A DNA stretch of 64,000 nucleotides from positions 62,001-126,000 of the forward strand of contig ADNK01001014.1 in the NCBI GenBank assembly GCA_000320545.1. The letters run 5' to 3'. This DNA is from Bigelowiella natans CCMP2755. Its lineage: Eukaryota > Protista > Cercozoa. The position numbers and the translations under genes are program-made. Positions 14,386 through 29,356 of the stretch are shown one piece after another (within the stretch, counting starts at the first letter, position 1; each line of letters opens with the position of its first letter). The notes under the pieces are model-generated. The model had not been told where the DNA came from and searched no databases. It saw nothing but the letters and a program-made list of their open reading frames with translations.

Positions 14386-16314
14386 TCCCTTCCTCCCTCC
14401 CTCCCTCTCTTCCCTCTAATAACTCTCTAGACGCATGCATGCACAAGACACACAGAAACAGAGGACAGAAACAGCATCTGCTCTATTCCACTTCCAGATC
14501 GTGGCGCTGATCGGGGCCAATCTCTTCACCAAGATCAACGTCATCCTGTAAGTATAGTAGCAAGAGATGATGCTCCTTTCCACACCAAATTTTCATAATG
14601 GCTCAGCATGACTCCGAGACAACTCACTCTCTGTGTTTCTTGAAGATTCATGATGCAGTTCGGAGCTATTTTCGTGGCGCTTTTCACAATATTCTTCGGG
14701 TCTCCAAAGAACTCTGAGAATGGCTGGCAGTCCTCACTTCTGAGAGAGAATTGGAGTCCTGGGTATGTTGCTCTGTAGTAGCTTTCGTATCTAGTCTGTC
14801 TGTTTTCCACTGGGATTTGAAATACCGTATAATTATTTTGTTTTAAAAATGCGTATCAAAATGGAAAGAACTACACCTTCGATTTCCCTCCTCCTCATCA
14901 TCATCATCTTCCTCTTCTTCGTCTGGTTGTCGTACCCACCCTATCTACTTGGCTGCTCAGATACAAGCGTAATGATGCATGCCAAGGGGAGTGCTCATTC
15001 CAAAAGGTGTTCGCTATCATCTTCCCAGCAGTGACGGGGGTCATGGAAGGCGCAAACCTCTCCGGTAGATTACAACTTGCAACCCGGATTAGTTAACAAC
15101 AGTAAAAGTAGCAGTAGTACTGGTGGTAGGAAGCAGAATTCAAGAAGAGCAACCACTCTTCCCCATCGCTTTATCTTACCGCATTCAACACCATTCTTGT
15201 CGTCACCGCAACTTTATTGATCGTGATGCAGGCGATTTGAAGAATCCGGGCAAAGACATTGGACGGGGGACGCTCATGGCCGTGGTTGGCGCGTTCCTGG
15301 TGATGACAGGATCGTCACTCTTTGTTACGCTGATCTACTGTGGATGTGTTGCATGTTGTCTTATATCATTATCTGTATTCTTATATTATTATGTGTGTTA
15401 GATTTACATCGTCCTGATCATTGCCTTTGCGGGTGCGTTCCAACGCGAAGAGCTCATCACGAATGAGGCGATATTTCAAGAGGTGCTAACAACTACTGCT
15501 ACATTTGCCCCGTTACCCCCCCTCTTCCCTCTCTCTCTTTCTCTCTCTCTCTTTCTCTCTTTCTCTCTTTCTCTCTTTCTCTCTCGTCTGATAATATTAC
15601 ACCCGCTCCCTTTGTCGCGATATGGTATTTTTAACATTTACTTTATCAGGCTTGCGTCAACGAGTATGTCGTCGTCGTAGGGATCTTAGTCTCCACATCT
15701 TCCTCCGCTCTCGGCGCTATTTTTGGTGCGAACACTCCTATTTTATTATCTTCCCTTCCCCCCCTTTTCCTTCCCCTCTTGGCACAATTAGCCACCACAA
15801 ATGTATCATGTCGTGAGCATCACTTGCTGGTTGGCTTTTAGGTGGTTCACGGGTCTTGCAAGCGCTTGCAAGAGACGAGATATTTCCCCGGACAAAGTAA
15901 TAGCAAACTTAGCAAAGACACGACGACTACAGTGCACAACACCGCCACACTCCTTTCAGCCCTGCCTTCTTCTCCTTCCCCCTACCCAACCTTCTTCGTC
16001 ATATATGCATCACAGATGGCTCGGTAGAGGAACTGTGAAGGGTGACGAGCCATGGGTAGCTGTCCTGGTCACGTGGGGTATCTCCCAAGCGTGCATGTTT
16101 ATCGGTGGCCTGGACGTCATCGCGCCTATCATTTCGACGTTCTTTTGCTTGTCGTACGCTTGCTGCAACCTTGCGTGTTTGCTCGTCTCCATCTCGGGAA
16201 CGCCCAACTTCAGGCCACGATTCAAGTACCCCGCCACACGCTATTCTCAACAGCATGTGCAGCAGATACAGCATCATCGCCAGCATTGCCACTCGCTTCC
16301 ATAATCGTCGTCGC

Positions 16315-16345
<31 letters not shown>

Positions 16346-16839
16346 GTGGTAATCGAGAATATCTCCATCAGGTACTTCAGCTGGCACACGTGCTTATTTG
16401 GGTTGATTCTGAACATCTTCGTGATGTTCTTCCTGAACGTCTACTACGCGACCGCCTCACTAGTGATCATGCTTGGAATCTTCGTCTACTTACTGTACAC
16501 CGCTCCGCAAACGACGTGGGGAGATGTCCGCCAGGCGTTGATCTATCACCAGGCACGGATAACTAACTGACGGCTTTATCGTCTTTTTTTGTTTTTTTAA
16601 TCATCTTTGTAGGTATTACTGTAGTTGCTATCAACATCGCGTCGTCGTTCATATTGACCTATCATATATATAGTATTGTTTGTATACTGCTGTCACCATG
16701 AGACTGTCGTCGTCGTCGGCATCGTCGCCTTCGTCATTATTCTGTTTGAAATCAACCAAATCAGGTGCGAAAGTATTTGCTAAGGCTTGATACACGACTA
16801 CAGCACGGGAAAACATGGAGGCCATCTGTGCTGCTCCTG

Positions 16840-16875
<36 letters not shown>

Positions 16876-19110
16876 ATAGCAGTGGCAGTAATCGCCGTTG
16901 TCGTCGTTGTTGTTGTTGATGATGATGTACGGTCAAGACTATCGCTAATAGTAACTGCACTCATATTAATTATATATTGTTCCCCCCCCCCCCCTCCCCT
17001 TGAGTAGATCGACCAGTTAAACGGCCCTTTGGTAGAGTTCTGCAGCCATCTTAAGAAAGGAGGTCTCTACGTGATCGGCAACGTGGTGCTTGGAGCACGC
17101 TTCGATAGGCTCACGAACACTGCGTCAAGGATGAAGAAGGTTGGATATGCTCGAAATCTAACGACGAGCGGAGAAGAGGATTAGAGTATGCGCGTCGTTG
17201 TCACCATCATCATTGCCATCGACCTATATTTCGTGTTGTAGAAGACGATGGTAGTGGTGGTTATGATCCATAGCGATTTCACCTAGCTTTCTCCCCCCCC
17301 CCTCCTCCATTCCTCTTCACAATCTTCACACCATAGGCGCTCGGTGACTATATCTACACCGAGAATTTGAAGGCGTTCCCTGCGGTATGACTGCTGTGTT
17401 AGTTTATAAATGCAGTAGTTATGCTGTTGATAGCACCTGGATGTGTACTTTCCTTACTGCTGCATGATGATGTGAGATGATGATGACGATGATGAGCGAC
17501 ATCAACCCAATGACCTCAAAAATGACTATTACTCCTCCTCCTCCTCCTCCTCCTCATCGTCTACTCGTGATCATCCTCATCTCCTCTCATTCTTCTAATT
17601 CCTAGTATCCCTTTACCTAATACTCGCAGGTAGCAGTGGGTAGTACTGCGCGCACAGCATACCAAAATCTGATGGTAATGTCTGGGCTTGGAGCCATGAC
17701 GCCTAACACGGTAGTCGTTCCATACATCGAGGGCCTTCATCTCAAGCAGCAGCATCATCCTGATGGTGGAAGTGCTCCTACTCCTACTACTGCTGCTTCT
17801 TCAGCTAGAAGCTCGCATCATACTGATACGAAAGCTGAGTCCCCTGATCGCTACAGCAATAGGTAGCATGAGGGGGGGGAGGGGGGGGGAGGGTCCCACA
17901 GGCAATGATAATAGAATAGAGCTGTTAATGCTCATTATTGTGCATATCGATATCGACATCGTCATCATCATCATCATCATTAATGTGATGTTTGGTGGTT
18001 CTCATTGGGGTTTGGCTGTTTGGTCTTTTGCTTCATGCATCACCCTGATGATGATGATGATGGTGGTGATGACGTACGAACAACAATCAATCGCAACAAC
18101 AACAACAACAACAACAGCAAAGCGGGTATTCTCCTCTCCCCCCTTTCCTCTCATAAAGGGAGGAAGAAGAAAAATGGGGGGCCAACAACCTCATTGCTAT
18201 CATCACCATCGTTGTCATCACTTTCATCAGCGCAACTATTACCTATTATGTCGCCATCTTCCTCTCTTCTTCCTATTGCAATACATGGTGCTAAGAGTAA
18301 CATAACTTACGATTCACCCTCACCCCACCACCGCTCACGTGATGACCCTAGGAGCAAATCGCAGTTTTTCCACGATCTGAGCCTCAAAATGGAGAGGAAG
18401 GTAATAATGGAGATGATTTGGGGCTTGTGGGAGGAGGGGCATGCAATTTCAAAATTCTCACCGCCGACAACAACAACAACGACGACGACGACGACGACGA
18501 CGAAAAAACCAACAAGTTGTACGTTCTATTCAACGCGTTGTTGCTCTTCTACTCTAGTAATCTGCTTCTCCTCTCATTGTCTTCTTGCCCCATCATCATC
18601 ATCACCATCAATCTATTGCTGACAGGACTACTCGGCAAGCGCGTTCTTCAATAGCTCTGTCACGAGCATGGTGATGAGGAGGAGGGAGGAGGTGGGAGGA
18701 GGGAGGGAGGGAGGAGGATGAAGGGAACAAGGGGGGGGGGGGCGCAGAAAATATCACTCAGACCAAACGCATCGATCACCATTCATCATCATCATCATTA
18801 CCACCACAGTAACACTAACGTTGATCATCATTTACATTACTCATGTAGCACGAATTCGTCAATCTGCTGGGTGATGGACGGGCATTGTCCAAGAACGTGC
18901 TCGTGACTCGCAACTTCGATAAACTGGTGCCTGAGCGCATCTCCGCCTCCCGATTTATCGATATATGGCTACTTGACGAGGTGATAGCAGTAGTAGTTGT
19001 GTGTCGTAGTAATAGAAGTAATAGTAGTAGTAGTAGTAGTAGTTTGAAGGAATATACGCATACAGGCTGTGGAATAGTGAAAATCATTTATTGCTTGGTA
19101 GTATCCACAC

Positions 19111-19141
<31 letters not shown>

Positions 19142-20803
19142 TATCATCATCGTCGCACCATTGTGAGCATCGTCAGCACCGCCACTGTGACTGCGTGCAC
19201 ACGATTCACTATCATCTCAAACGTCGGTCGGTCCTCCGGTCCTTTTCGCACATCCATCCACCCATCGATAATAACACTCTCAGAACTGCGTGAAGTCATG
19301 GAATGCATTCGAGAAGCAGGCGCTGCTGATCGTGGAGATGGCTCACATCCTCTTGAAGAACAAAGTCTGGGGTTCGCAGTGTCAAACGCGGATTGTCATG
19401 CCAGTCAAGAGCAACACAGACGAATTAGAGCTGACCGTTAGTCCCCCCAGTGGAAAGAGCAGCGCGGTATTCCATTCCAGCACCCCCCTGCACGAATCAG
19501 GATCAGTCGATGCGAAGTTGTTGAAGACCGAAGTGATTCTTGAGGAGGTAGTGATAGTGACGCTGATGCAGAGGCAGACAAGCTTCACTCATCCATTCGT
19601 TCTTTTCTTTTTTCTTTTTTTTTTTTTAATTGTTCCCATCCTCCTCCTCTTCTTCTCCTCCCCCCCATTCCTCTTCTTCCCCCCCCCCCTCCTCGTATTC
19701 TCCGACAGGTAGAGCCATCGGAAGGGGACAAGATGCTACAACACGGTGGCGACAATGATGATGGTGATGACGACGACGAGAAGGTACTAGTGCTAGACGA
19801 TGCTTACTTCTTTTTCTCCTTGAGACCTATCATATACGATAGAGCGGAAGGTTGTAGTAAAACAAGCAGTCTGCAATGATGGTGATGATGATGATGATGA
19901 TGATGGTGATGATAGTGAGGAGGAAGATGAGTGCTAATGTCAACACCTCACATTTGATCGTAATGTTTGATCTTGTTGTTCTCCTCCTCCTCCTCCTCCT
20001 CCTCCTCCTTCTCTTGCTCTCCTCATAGGAACCCGTGGAAGCTGCAAAGAGCATGCTGGAGCAACGGCTGTACCAGGCGAGGATCAATATCGATCGAGTA
20101 CGTCTATCTGAATTATCTTCATGCTGGAAGAACCGAGAGGAGGGGGAGGAGGAATGATATTTGCTGTTCATTCATCGTGGGATATGATATGTCTGTCAGA
20201 AATGGCGCTTCTAGCGTTCCTGATAACAGCTGATCATATGTTCTGTTTCCCCCTCCCCCTCCCCCTCCCCCTCCTTCCTCCTCCTCCTCCTGCTACTTCT
20301 TCTGCTACTTCTACTACTACTACTACGGTTGGTGTGGTATTAAAAATCGCAGATAATGGTGATCCCAATTAGTCAAGAGGATCTACTATCCGATAGCGGC
20401 TACAGCACTTCGTCGATGCCACCCCCCTCTAAGCTGAACAGGATGATCAGAGAACGATCTGCCTCAACGCTCCTCTCGCTCTTGCCTCTGCCCCCACTCC
20501 CTAAGAATCTTTCTAGCGCCTCGAAGGTAGGTTAGCACGTACATCAATCTTCAACGAAGTAGTGGTAGAAGTCGTAGATACCTGCGCGCCGTTTTGGTCT
20601 TCCTCCTCCTCTTTCTGTTCAGTAGTCCTCCCCCCCCCTCTCTAGCAAAGCAACAACAGAGAATAACAATGTCGTCCTTGTTGTCGTCATCTCCCCAGGA
20701 ATGTGATAAGTACTACCGAGTGCTGGGAGAGATCTCGCAAGGCCTGCCGCCAGTAGCGCTGCTCTCAGAGAGTGATGACCTGATTATGAGCCGGGAAATT
20801 TAA
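13357..20803 (+). CDS. Cation-chloride cotransporter, SLC12A9-like
   Basis: Family motifs across many exons: LGLLNGVVVPC, GGGSYFMISRSLGPELGG, FPAVTGVMEGANLSGDLKNP, SGTPNFRPRFKYFSW, WGDVRQALIYHQ|VRKYLLRLD, HLKKGGLYVIG, SGLGAMTPNTV, KNVLVTRNF, IDIW. It ends ..LIMSREI* at 20803. Confidence 0.92.
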
Positions 20804-23382
20804 AATTGAATAATCATTCACGTATAGCATTAATCTCATAGTTTAATATGCGGAGGATAGAGTACTAGCACGTAGTAGTAATATCAACAACGCGGGGCCA
20901 ATATGAGAACAATTTGATAATATTTGTTACCTTGCGCGTATCGTTGAAATGTTTACGGGTTGATCATGTTGCATGAAGACTCGAGAGGGATAGCGATATG
21001 TCTTTTGTATTTGCCGCAACATGCATTTCGTGCATGCCTTAACATTCGTATATTCGCGTAACTTCTGCATACATACACTTTTGCCTTATCATTAATGAGG
21101 CGAGCGCGCAGCACAAAGAGATGTCAGCATGCAACGTAAAGCTTGGCGGATGCGTTCATGTGGCGACCCAGCAGCGTACGTACATGCACATGATACATGT
21201 AGCGTACGACGATGCATTGCTGCGTGCTCTAGTACTGTCGCACGTGCGCACTAATGTGTAGTGCTATGTGCACATACATGCAGGCCAGGCCTGCATGTAT
21301 CGTGCCTCAAACGATCCTAGCTATCATCGCGAATAAGCTCCGTCACATCTAGACATGCAGCTAGCATCGCATAGCCTTCGCTGTATCTTCATTGCATGTT
21401 CGCATAATGTATGCGGTTTGAGTTATTGCTTGACACAAACGAGGCTAGCGCAGCGAGGCGGCCACATGCTATGTATGTGTGCTATTTAGGACTGAGCATA
21501 TCTAGCTATAAAACGTGAGGCAGTATTTTCTTTCTACCTCAACATCTTTTTAAGCCGTGGCGCATATCGATCTAGACATTGTGCATCGATCACTCGGTGC
21601 ACGTACTTATGCTCTTCCCCCGCGCTGATAGTGCAGTTGTAGCTCTTATTGCTTGTATCGCATAGCTCTCCTAATCACCTCGTAGCGAAGCTAAACGATT
21701 ATCATCCATTGGTTGCTACTCAGGATCAAGTCCAGTGCACTCCACGGAACGAGTTATCTCGAGCAGTTCTTCATGTATCTGAAGCAGCATTACCAGCAAG
21801 GTGAATAGTAGCAGCATGAGCAGCACAACGCGCATGTACGTGTCTAAGAATGTCAGTCTGCTTGAAGGATAGCCGGAAGAAAGATATGGTAAGAGTGTAT
21901 GAATGAGATGTTGCGAGGCCTTTTGCCACAAGGCAGCACGCCAGGCTACAGCGACGATAAAACCCAACTACCCTCCATCGTCAGCGGAAACTTTTGCATC
22001 ATAAAGAGTAAGGAACCTTTCCATTCGTTGCACATAGAGGCCGTGTGGAAAGAGTCCAGTCGTTGCCTTCCAAGTCGGTCACCTGTTTGAAACAGCAGCT
22101 TAGTAGTAGTAGTAGTAGAAGAAGAAGAAGAAGAAGAAGAAAAAGAAGAAGTCGAAATAGTGGCATTGTGATCACGATAGCAGGGAGGCCACGACGATAT
22201 GCTCACGACTACTGATGCGGTCATGGTTGGAAATCACACGCAACAGCCCGAGTTTTAGCATAGAAAGAGCTGAAACCTGCCCTCCAGCCTCTTTCACCAT
22301 CAGCACACCAGCAGCCTGATGGTTTTCAAAAACAGCATCCAGATGCAGAATCTTGAGAGAGAAATGAGCACACACACACTGTGGCTCAATGAGGTGGGTC
22401 GCAGCCAGATAGAGAGGGTTGACCAATTTACTCTCTTTCATCTTGGCCAACATTCATTCTATGTATCTTAATACCGAGTCCCACGCATTGAGGTCTGGCT
22501 CGTAATAGGCTCCTGCACGCCCAGCTGCAACCTGCAATTAGTCGAAAAACACGATTATTGCTTGAGGTAGGAAGGAGGTGCTGAAGCAGCAAAGCTGCGC
22601 GATGTGCGTTTGTGTGCTTGTCTGCTGTGGCATCGGCGATGGGTGTGGGAGAGGCAGTAGCATGCACTCTGTCATCGTCTGTGCGGCAGCTGAAGCTTTG
22701 CGTCTTCGTTCTTCCAATCATTGGTAGTGCATGTACTGAAATACTATACAGTGTTATTATCGTTGACTTTGTATCTATTGCCCCCCCCCCCCCCCCCCCC
22801 CCCCTGGCCCCCCCTTTTTTTGGCGGGGAAAGCAATCTGCCCATCATGTGCCCTTATTCGTCTTTTTTTGTGTTCTTGAAGTGTGCTATTATCACTACTA
22901 TTACTACAAGTAGCAGTAGTAATACCCATGCAAGCATCAGGGCTGCAGTGCCTGGTTGCCGTGAATATGGTTCCCCGATAAGATGGGTGAGGGGCAAGCG
23001 ATGAGTGAAAGATACATAGGAGGAGGAGGAGGAGGAGGAGGAGGAGGAGGATTTATAATACGTAAAAGGAAAAGAAGGCAAGAGCGAGAACATGATCTAA
23101 ATTGTCCTATTGTGCATTGCGCATGAACGTCGATCAACGGAAATCATATCTGCAGCAGCTTCTTCTCTTCCTCTACCTAGCATCCTGATGGTACGTGCTC
23201 TTGGCATTAACGCATGTACGCTCCTAACAACAACGACGATAATCGCAAATAATGATGGTGATGATGATGATGATGAGGAGGAGGAGGAGGAGGAGGAGAA
23301 GTGGGGGAAATGTATAGCTATGGTAGTTGTGGTAAAATTTCGCGCATTGTCATGATAATCGTAATCGTTGCTACCACTTTCA

Positions 23383-23422
<40 letters not shown>

Positions 23423-23689
23423 GTGCAGGTGGAATGAAGCCCCATCGTCGCTAGATCCTCACACATGCACTACTACTACTACTACTACTACTACTACGAC
23501 GACGACTACTACAACTGCTAGTACTGACCTGAGGGTCGGAGCGATGGAGCGTGGGTTAGGGGGGGAACCGGTGTAAACCACGCTGCGACTTAGACTTGCT
23601 GCATCGGATACCTTCAGTTTATATATATATATATATATATATAAATATCACTATGATATAAAAATGTGTCTGCACTCCCCCCTATTCTT

Positions 23690-23739
<50 letters not shown>

Positions 23740-25416
23740 TTTTAAGAATAGGTTCGAATGAATAGGGTTATTAAATTGCTACTAACACAGCTATTACGAG
23801 GACCTTCCCCCTCCTCCCCCTTCTGCCTACGACTAATACACTACTTGCATCCTTTTCCCGTTAACAAATGCGCCGTTGCCTAGAATCGCTTCGAATCTGA
23901 GGGGAGATTGCAATCCTAAGCATTTGATCAGTGTTCTTCTGTTTATCTCCCTAGTCCTTCTCTTGAATGATAGAGCTCGCAGATAACGTGGTACACGCCC
24001 AAACGCACCAGAAAGTCATTCCACACACACACACACACACACACTTAAGTATATTTATTATTAATATATGCACTGAATGAAGGAACGTACAGCTCGTCAT
24101 TGAAGGGATCGTAGATCACACCCAATACCTGCCAAAAGAGAATGAATAACCAACACAACGAAGAAGCGAGGAAGTGATATTATGACGGACTACTCGCGTG
24201 TTGCAGTGAAAATAATAGTAACAATAATACTAATACTAAAATACCAACCATTTTGCCTTTGTGAGCTAAACCTATTATTGTTCCGACTAAGGGCATCCCT
24301 GATGATGATAACGACGACGAATTGAGAGAATCATCGTATTATCAATCAGGAATATTAACAACTACTCCTCCTCCGCCTCCTCCTACTACTACCGGAGGCA
24401 AAGTTGGTCGTTCCGTCAATAGGGTCAACAATCCATAGCCATTCTGATGAGTGATGATGTTTTGCACATACCAGCAACAAGGGAAAAGAAGTCAGCGGAT
24501 GTACACATTCAATCATATCATCCTCCAATTTCATGTCTAGCAATGCAGGAGCAGCAGAGCAGATTCCACTACTTGCTGCGAGGATATTACAAATGATGAC
24601 CATTATCACGTGCTTCCTGGAGAGCGATCTGACTAGCATCTGCACCGGGGGCAACGCCTATTTTTGTTTTCTATCCGTTATCATCATCATCATCGCTCTA
24701 CCGAACTGGGGAATGGGAACAACCAACTTTGCATCTGTGACGGGGATTTTTTAAAGCACACACTCGCGGAAACATACAACACAATATACTTTCCTCTCCC
24801 AGAAATCCATGCGCAGGATATGCCTCGAGGATGATCTTTTCTATGATTTCCTGAAAGTGTCAAGTAGTTGTTACAATTGTGTGAGAGTAGACGGTGATGA
24901 TGATATGATGATGATGAATGAAATAGAACCACGGAAGTGGCAAAAACAATGACGACACACTGATGATTTCTGGTGCTTGGAACACAAATTAACAACCATT
25001 CAATTCGCGACCACAACCTGGCATTTTCCGTCGACTTCGGTGAGGAGATCCATCGCATTCAATTTAGTCTGAACATGGTATGTATTGTAATGATAACTGT
25101 CCTTGACTGCATTTTAATGCTCACTAGCTTATAGGTCACCACCTCAATCACATCTGCCCCGAGTCTTTGTCGAATCAATTCACCGGCCTCTTTAGCGGCC
25201 TAGATAAATTTTTGACATGCGAAATATGCAACATTCGTTATTTTTTATGTGGAACTCAGATCACTCTCTGCTCGTGCATATTGCTTTGTGCTGCTACTTT
25301 TATGGCAGTATTCCTAGCCTCGAAAATATCTATTCCTCCAAGAAGATTGGGGTTCCCTAAAGTAAATTTGGATTTCCCATCAAATAAAAGATTAAACGTT
25401 GGTGTTGAAAATAGCG

Positions 25417-25459
<43 letters not shown>

Positions 25460-25520
25460 TATGTGTGTGTGTGTGTGTGTGTATGTGTGTTGTGTGTAAA
25501 TGCTCAAGCAATCTTTCACA
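13490..25520. repeat. Dense intronic microsatellites: (ATC)n, (AGT)n, (AGG)n, (TA)n, (CT)n, (GT)n, poly-C/G (representative span; they occur window-wide)
   Basis: Directly visible, e.g. (GTA)n at 16840-16873, poly-C at 22780-22804 and (TA)n at 23385-23417. Most introns contain at least one tract. Confidence 0.95.
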
Positions 25521-25944
25521 GGCACCACTCCTAGCACCACCTGATTCATCTGCAGTCCTGGTGCTGCTACTGCAGCGGATTGACTTTTGCCTCGAAGAAG
25601 ATGGTGGTGATGATGCGCCGGTAGATTTCCTCATGAAAGAGGTAAACCGAGCAGAAAGTTGTGGAGAAGAGTAGCTATGGAGAGGTAGTGTACGAAGTCG
25701 TCCTGTTTTGGGTACCGTATAGAGAGTGCTTCTACCCGCGGCATGCTGGAGGACAGCCAAAAAGAGAAAAGGCCCTGAGGTAGGTAAGTAGGTATTTATA
25801 CATAGGTAGCAGGGAAGATAGGGGAGGGGGTGGTGGTTGGTGATTCGATAACAATAATACGACAAAAGCTAAGGTATAATAGCAGCAACCAAATGGTCCT
25901 ATCCACTGCCTAAACGATTTTCTCCTCTCTTTGAAAACTTTCAT
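21716..25944 (-). CDS. Inositol monophosphatase family protein (SuhB/IMPL1-like), probably plastid-targeted
   Basis: Motifs WIVDPIDGTTNFASG, VIYDPFNDEL, RTIRML and AAGVLMVKEAGG. The N-terminus has a hydrophobic stretch (YYTLAFVVLLL) followed by a Ser/Arg-rich region (ORF 25392-25865). Many small exons, not all resolved. Confidence 0.85.
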
Positions 25945-26495
25945 CGGTGGCTGTTATATGGGGTAGTGCCACGTGGCAGGGGTTCGGGAGAGTAGTAGTA
26001 GATCTAGTAGTAGTCTAGAGGGTTGCAGAGAGAAATCGTGAAAAATATATTCGTCGTCCATTGATCAAGAAAACACAGGCGATTTTGGCCCAACGACGTG
26101 ACCTTTTGTCAAATAATAATGTCGATTTTCTAAAGATTGTGTTAGTCGCAGCTGTAAAAACGGCTTCTATCATGTTACTTCGGCTCGCTAAACAGAGCGA
26201 GAAGGATTGAAGCGTGGCCTCCTCCTGCGAGTCAGGCTGCTTCTGTAAAGCCGCTTCATTCATTCATTCATTCATTCATTCAGTCTTATGAAACTGCTTC
26301 CTTTATTCATTCATTCATCGTTCCGTGCGATCCACTGCAGCACTCTTCAAGGCCACGTTCCGCGTCCCTTGACGGGGGTGCTGTTACAGAGGACTCGGCC
26401 TTTGGAATTTCAACCTGTAATTCGATTCGTGCTCAAGGGGAAAATCCACCCGCAGATTGATCTACGCCACATTTGAAGTCTAAGCAATGTCTTGA

Positions 26496-27056
26496 ATGAT
26501 AACACTGGATGTTCCAATCACTCAACCCGTGAACACAAGAAGACTCATGACGAGACCAAGACTAATAAGGATTCCTTGAGCACAGCTCGATCAACCGCAA
26601 GCTGAAGATTCGGTGCCCCTTAATTTCTCTGCTCCTCGTCATAAGAAGAAGAACAGTAAGACTAGGAATGAAAAGAGAAGAGGGAAAATTGCTAAAAGAG
26701 GAGGCAAAAAGGATTTTGGATCGGGGCTAGCATCACTGCCAAAAGCAGGGGTCTCTCTCGCCGTAACAGTCAAGAATATGGTCAGAGTGAGCAGCCCGAG
26801 AATGAGAAGTTCGTCACTAAGGAGTACGTACAGGGCTTTCTGTCCTTGGAGTAAGCGTCTCGAATTGCTCCTTGACATTCTGAGGTTAACAGCTTACTTG
26901 GAAAATCCCCCGACAGGCTACAGTTCCACAACGCCGGGATGCATCTGCGGAAGAGCGGCATGCCTGAATTGTGGCTGCTCCTTTTTTGGGGCAACAAAGC
27001 CAGTGGAGAAGTTCGCGCGCCACAACAAATGGAAGCGTGTACCAAAGATTTTCTGA
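26496..27056 (+). CDS. Possible hypothetical protein (Lys/Arg-rich region followed by a small Cys cluster CICGRAACLNCGC)
   Basis: ORF 26613-27056 lacks microsatellites. No clean start was found (in-frame TGA at 26577-26579 after ATG 26496), so the model is unresolved. Confidence 0.3.
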
Positions 27057-27653
27057 GCGTAGCAAAACTTGCGTGTGGGTACTTTGTCGGATTTCGCGAC
27101 AGAATCCTATGCAAATGCGAATCATCGTCTACGTGTTCATGTCAAATCACAACAGCCAGGATGATCAATGCTACAAAACTATTCTGCAGACCACTTCGAA
27201 GAAGATGTTTCTCTAAACTCTGGCCCTAGCTAGCTAGCTTTCCACAAAAACAACCTTTGCACACATCTAGGCATGCTAGCATGTATTCATGTTGTTCCAT
27301 CTAGAGCAACTAAACACAGATTTGTATGTGACATGTTGCAACTCGCGCGAACTTGCTACTGTACTCAGCACGGAGCAGCGAACATGAGCAATGAGCTAGA
27401 ACGAAGACTGGCTTCGTTGGTGTGCAATGTGCACGTTGCTTGCGACACAGGCGCAGCGCAAATGGTTGAGCCACGATGCGACATATATCTAAACAACAAC
27501 ATACCCATGCTGCAATATGGAGGGGAGATGAGAAACTAAAGCAATGTCACAAAAATTTTCTCCGATTGTTGATGTCATTTATGATTTGAACGCACACTTA
27601 AAATGCTGCATCTCTCAGAACCACGACTAAGCATCATATTGTAGATGCAATGT

Positions 27654-29314
27654 TTAGGCCGCGTTATCTCTGCTGAGATACTCTCCACTTCGAGAATCAA
27701 TCTTAATCGATTCGCCCTCCTTGATGAAAATCGGGACCTGAAACAAGAATAAGATGAGCAAAGCCTTTATGTCGCTCAAATATGATGATTACTCATACTA
27801 CTGAGATATAATTTTTGTAAAGCAATATTCAAAAATCTTGCAGTCCCCATAAAAACAACTATCATTCCGTCAGAAACACCCGATTTCGCTTTGATTTCAG
27901 GATGATGATAATGATAATGATAATGATGATGATGTGAAGCTTGTTACTATGTTTGACCTGGATGGTTGCGCCAGTTTCCAAAGTGGCAGGTTTTGTTGCG
28001 CCAGTTGCGGTGTTTCCTTTCACTCCCGGCTCTGAGGACAATGGTCGAACTTAAGTATACGCTGCCATTTGACAAGTACAAATGGCAAGGAAAATGAAAA
28101 CACGAAAGAAAAGCCTACAACCAGGGATTGCCAACTAGTATTATTTAAGCATCACTACTTCCGTCATTATCATCATTATCATCACCACTTTTATCACCTG
28201 AGTATGTGATCTTCAGGGTAACAGTCTTGGGAAGATCCACACCAATCACCTGCAGCACAACAAGCAACAATGACAAAATAACTTAAAGCATTACTAGCGT
28301 GTCTTCTAGTGCGTTTTATAGCTGTGCCCGTTTCGAGTCCTGGTCGCATCTGACGACATGCCCAGTCTCAAACAAAGTGATCAACAGCAGGATCACCTGT
28401 CCGTTGTAAGTGACGACTCCCACCGTCTCGCCTTCTTTCATCCACTTCCAGCTGTCTCCTGGTTTAGGCATATGAATGTATGAGCATGAGTAGCTAGACG
28501 GATTTTGCACCTTCACAGATGCTATATTATGCTTGCTATACGATGTATCCATAATCACGAGCAGGTTCCTTTTGTATGGCATCAAAAATCGTGCACGTTC
28601 TTGCAGGCGGTGATAATCATGATGGCGCACTGATAATACCCATTTCAGCTTCGCCCACCTTAACTTCTTCAAAGGATTCCATATTCTGAGTTGTGATGAT
28701 ATTATTGCTGATAGTTCTCGTGAGACGATATGTCTCTACATTACACTAATTGACAGCATCAAGATCGAAGCTTTATGGCACAGCACATTGAGAATAAAAA
28801 ACTACGTCCAAACGAACGACAAAAATGTATTCCTCTCTGTGGCTATGAAGGAGGAGGACTCCAATATATTGTATGAAAATACTACCATGAAAACAAAATC
28901 TGGGCCGTCTTTATAAGTGTATTGCACATCGCTCTTGTAGACATCTGCCAAGGTCACCTGATGGGGAGAGGAACCGATTTGGTTCAATGTTGTACGGTTA
29001 TTTTCATCGACAACCAGCACATGTTTAATATCAGAAGTAATACCGTTTCCCCAGCTCGAAATGTCTTCTCAACGCTGGTACCGGTCAAGAGATTTTTCAA
29101 CTTTGTCCTTACAAAAGCAGATCCCTGAATGCGAGCAGGAAAGGACGAATTTAGCCAGTTTAGCTATGGTCAATGGGAAATTTCTCGAAGAAATCTGAAC
29201 CAGATGATACCTTCCCAGGTTTTACATGAAGAAATTCTGTTACCTGAAGGTTAATGCAACACAATTCTGCATCATATCATATGAGGAGCGATAATAATCT
29301 GGGTTTCAAACCAC

Positions 29315-29356
<42 letters not shown>

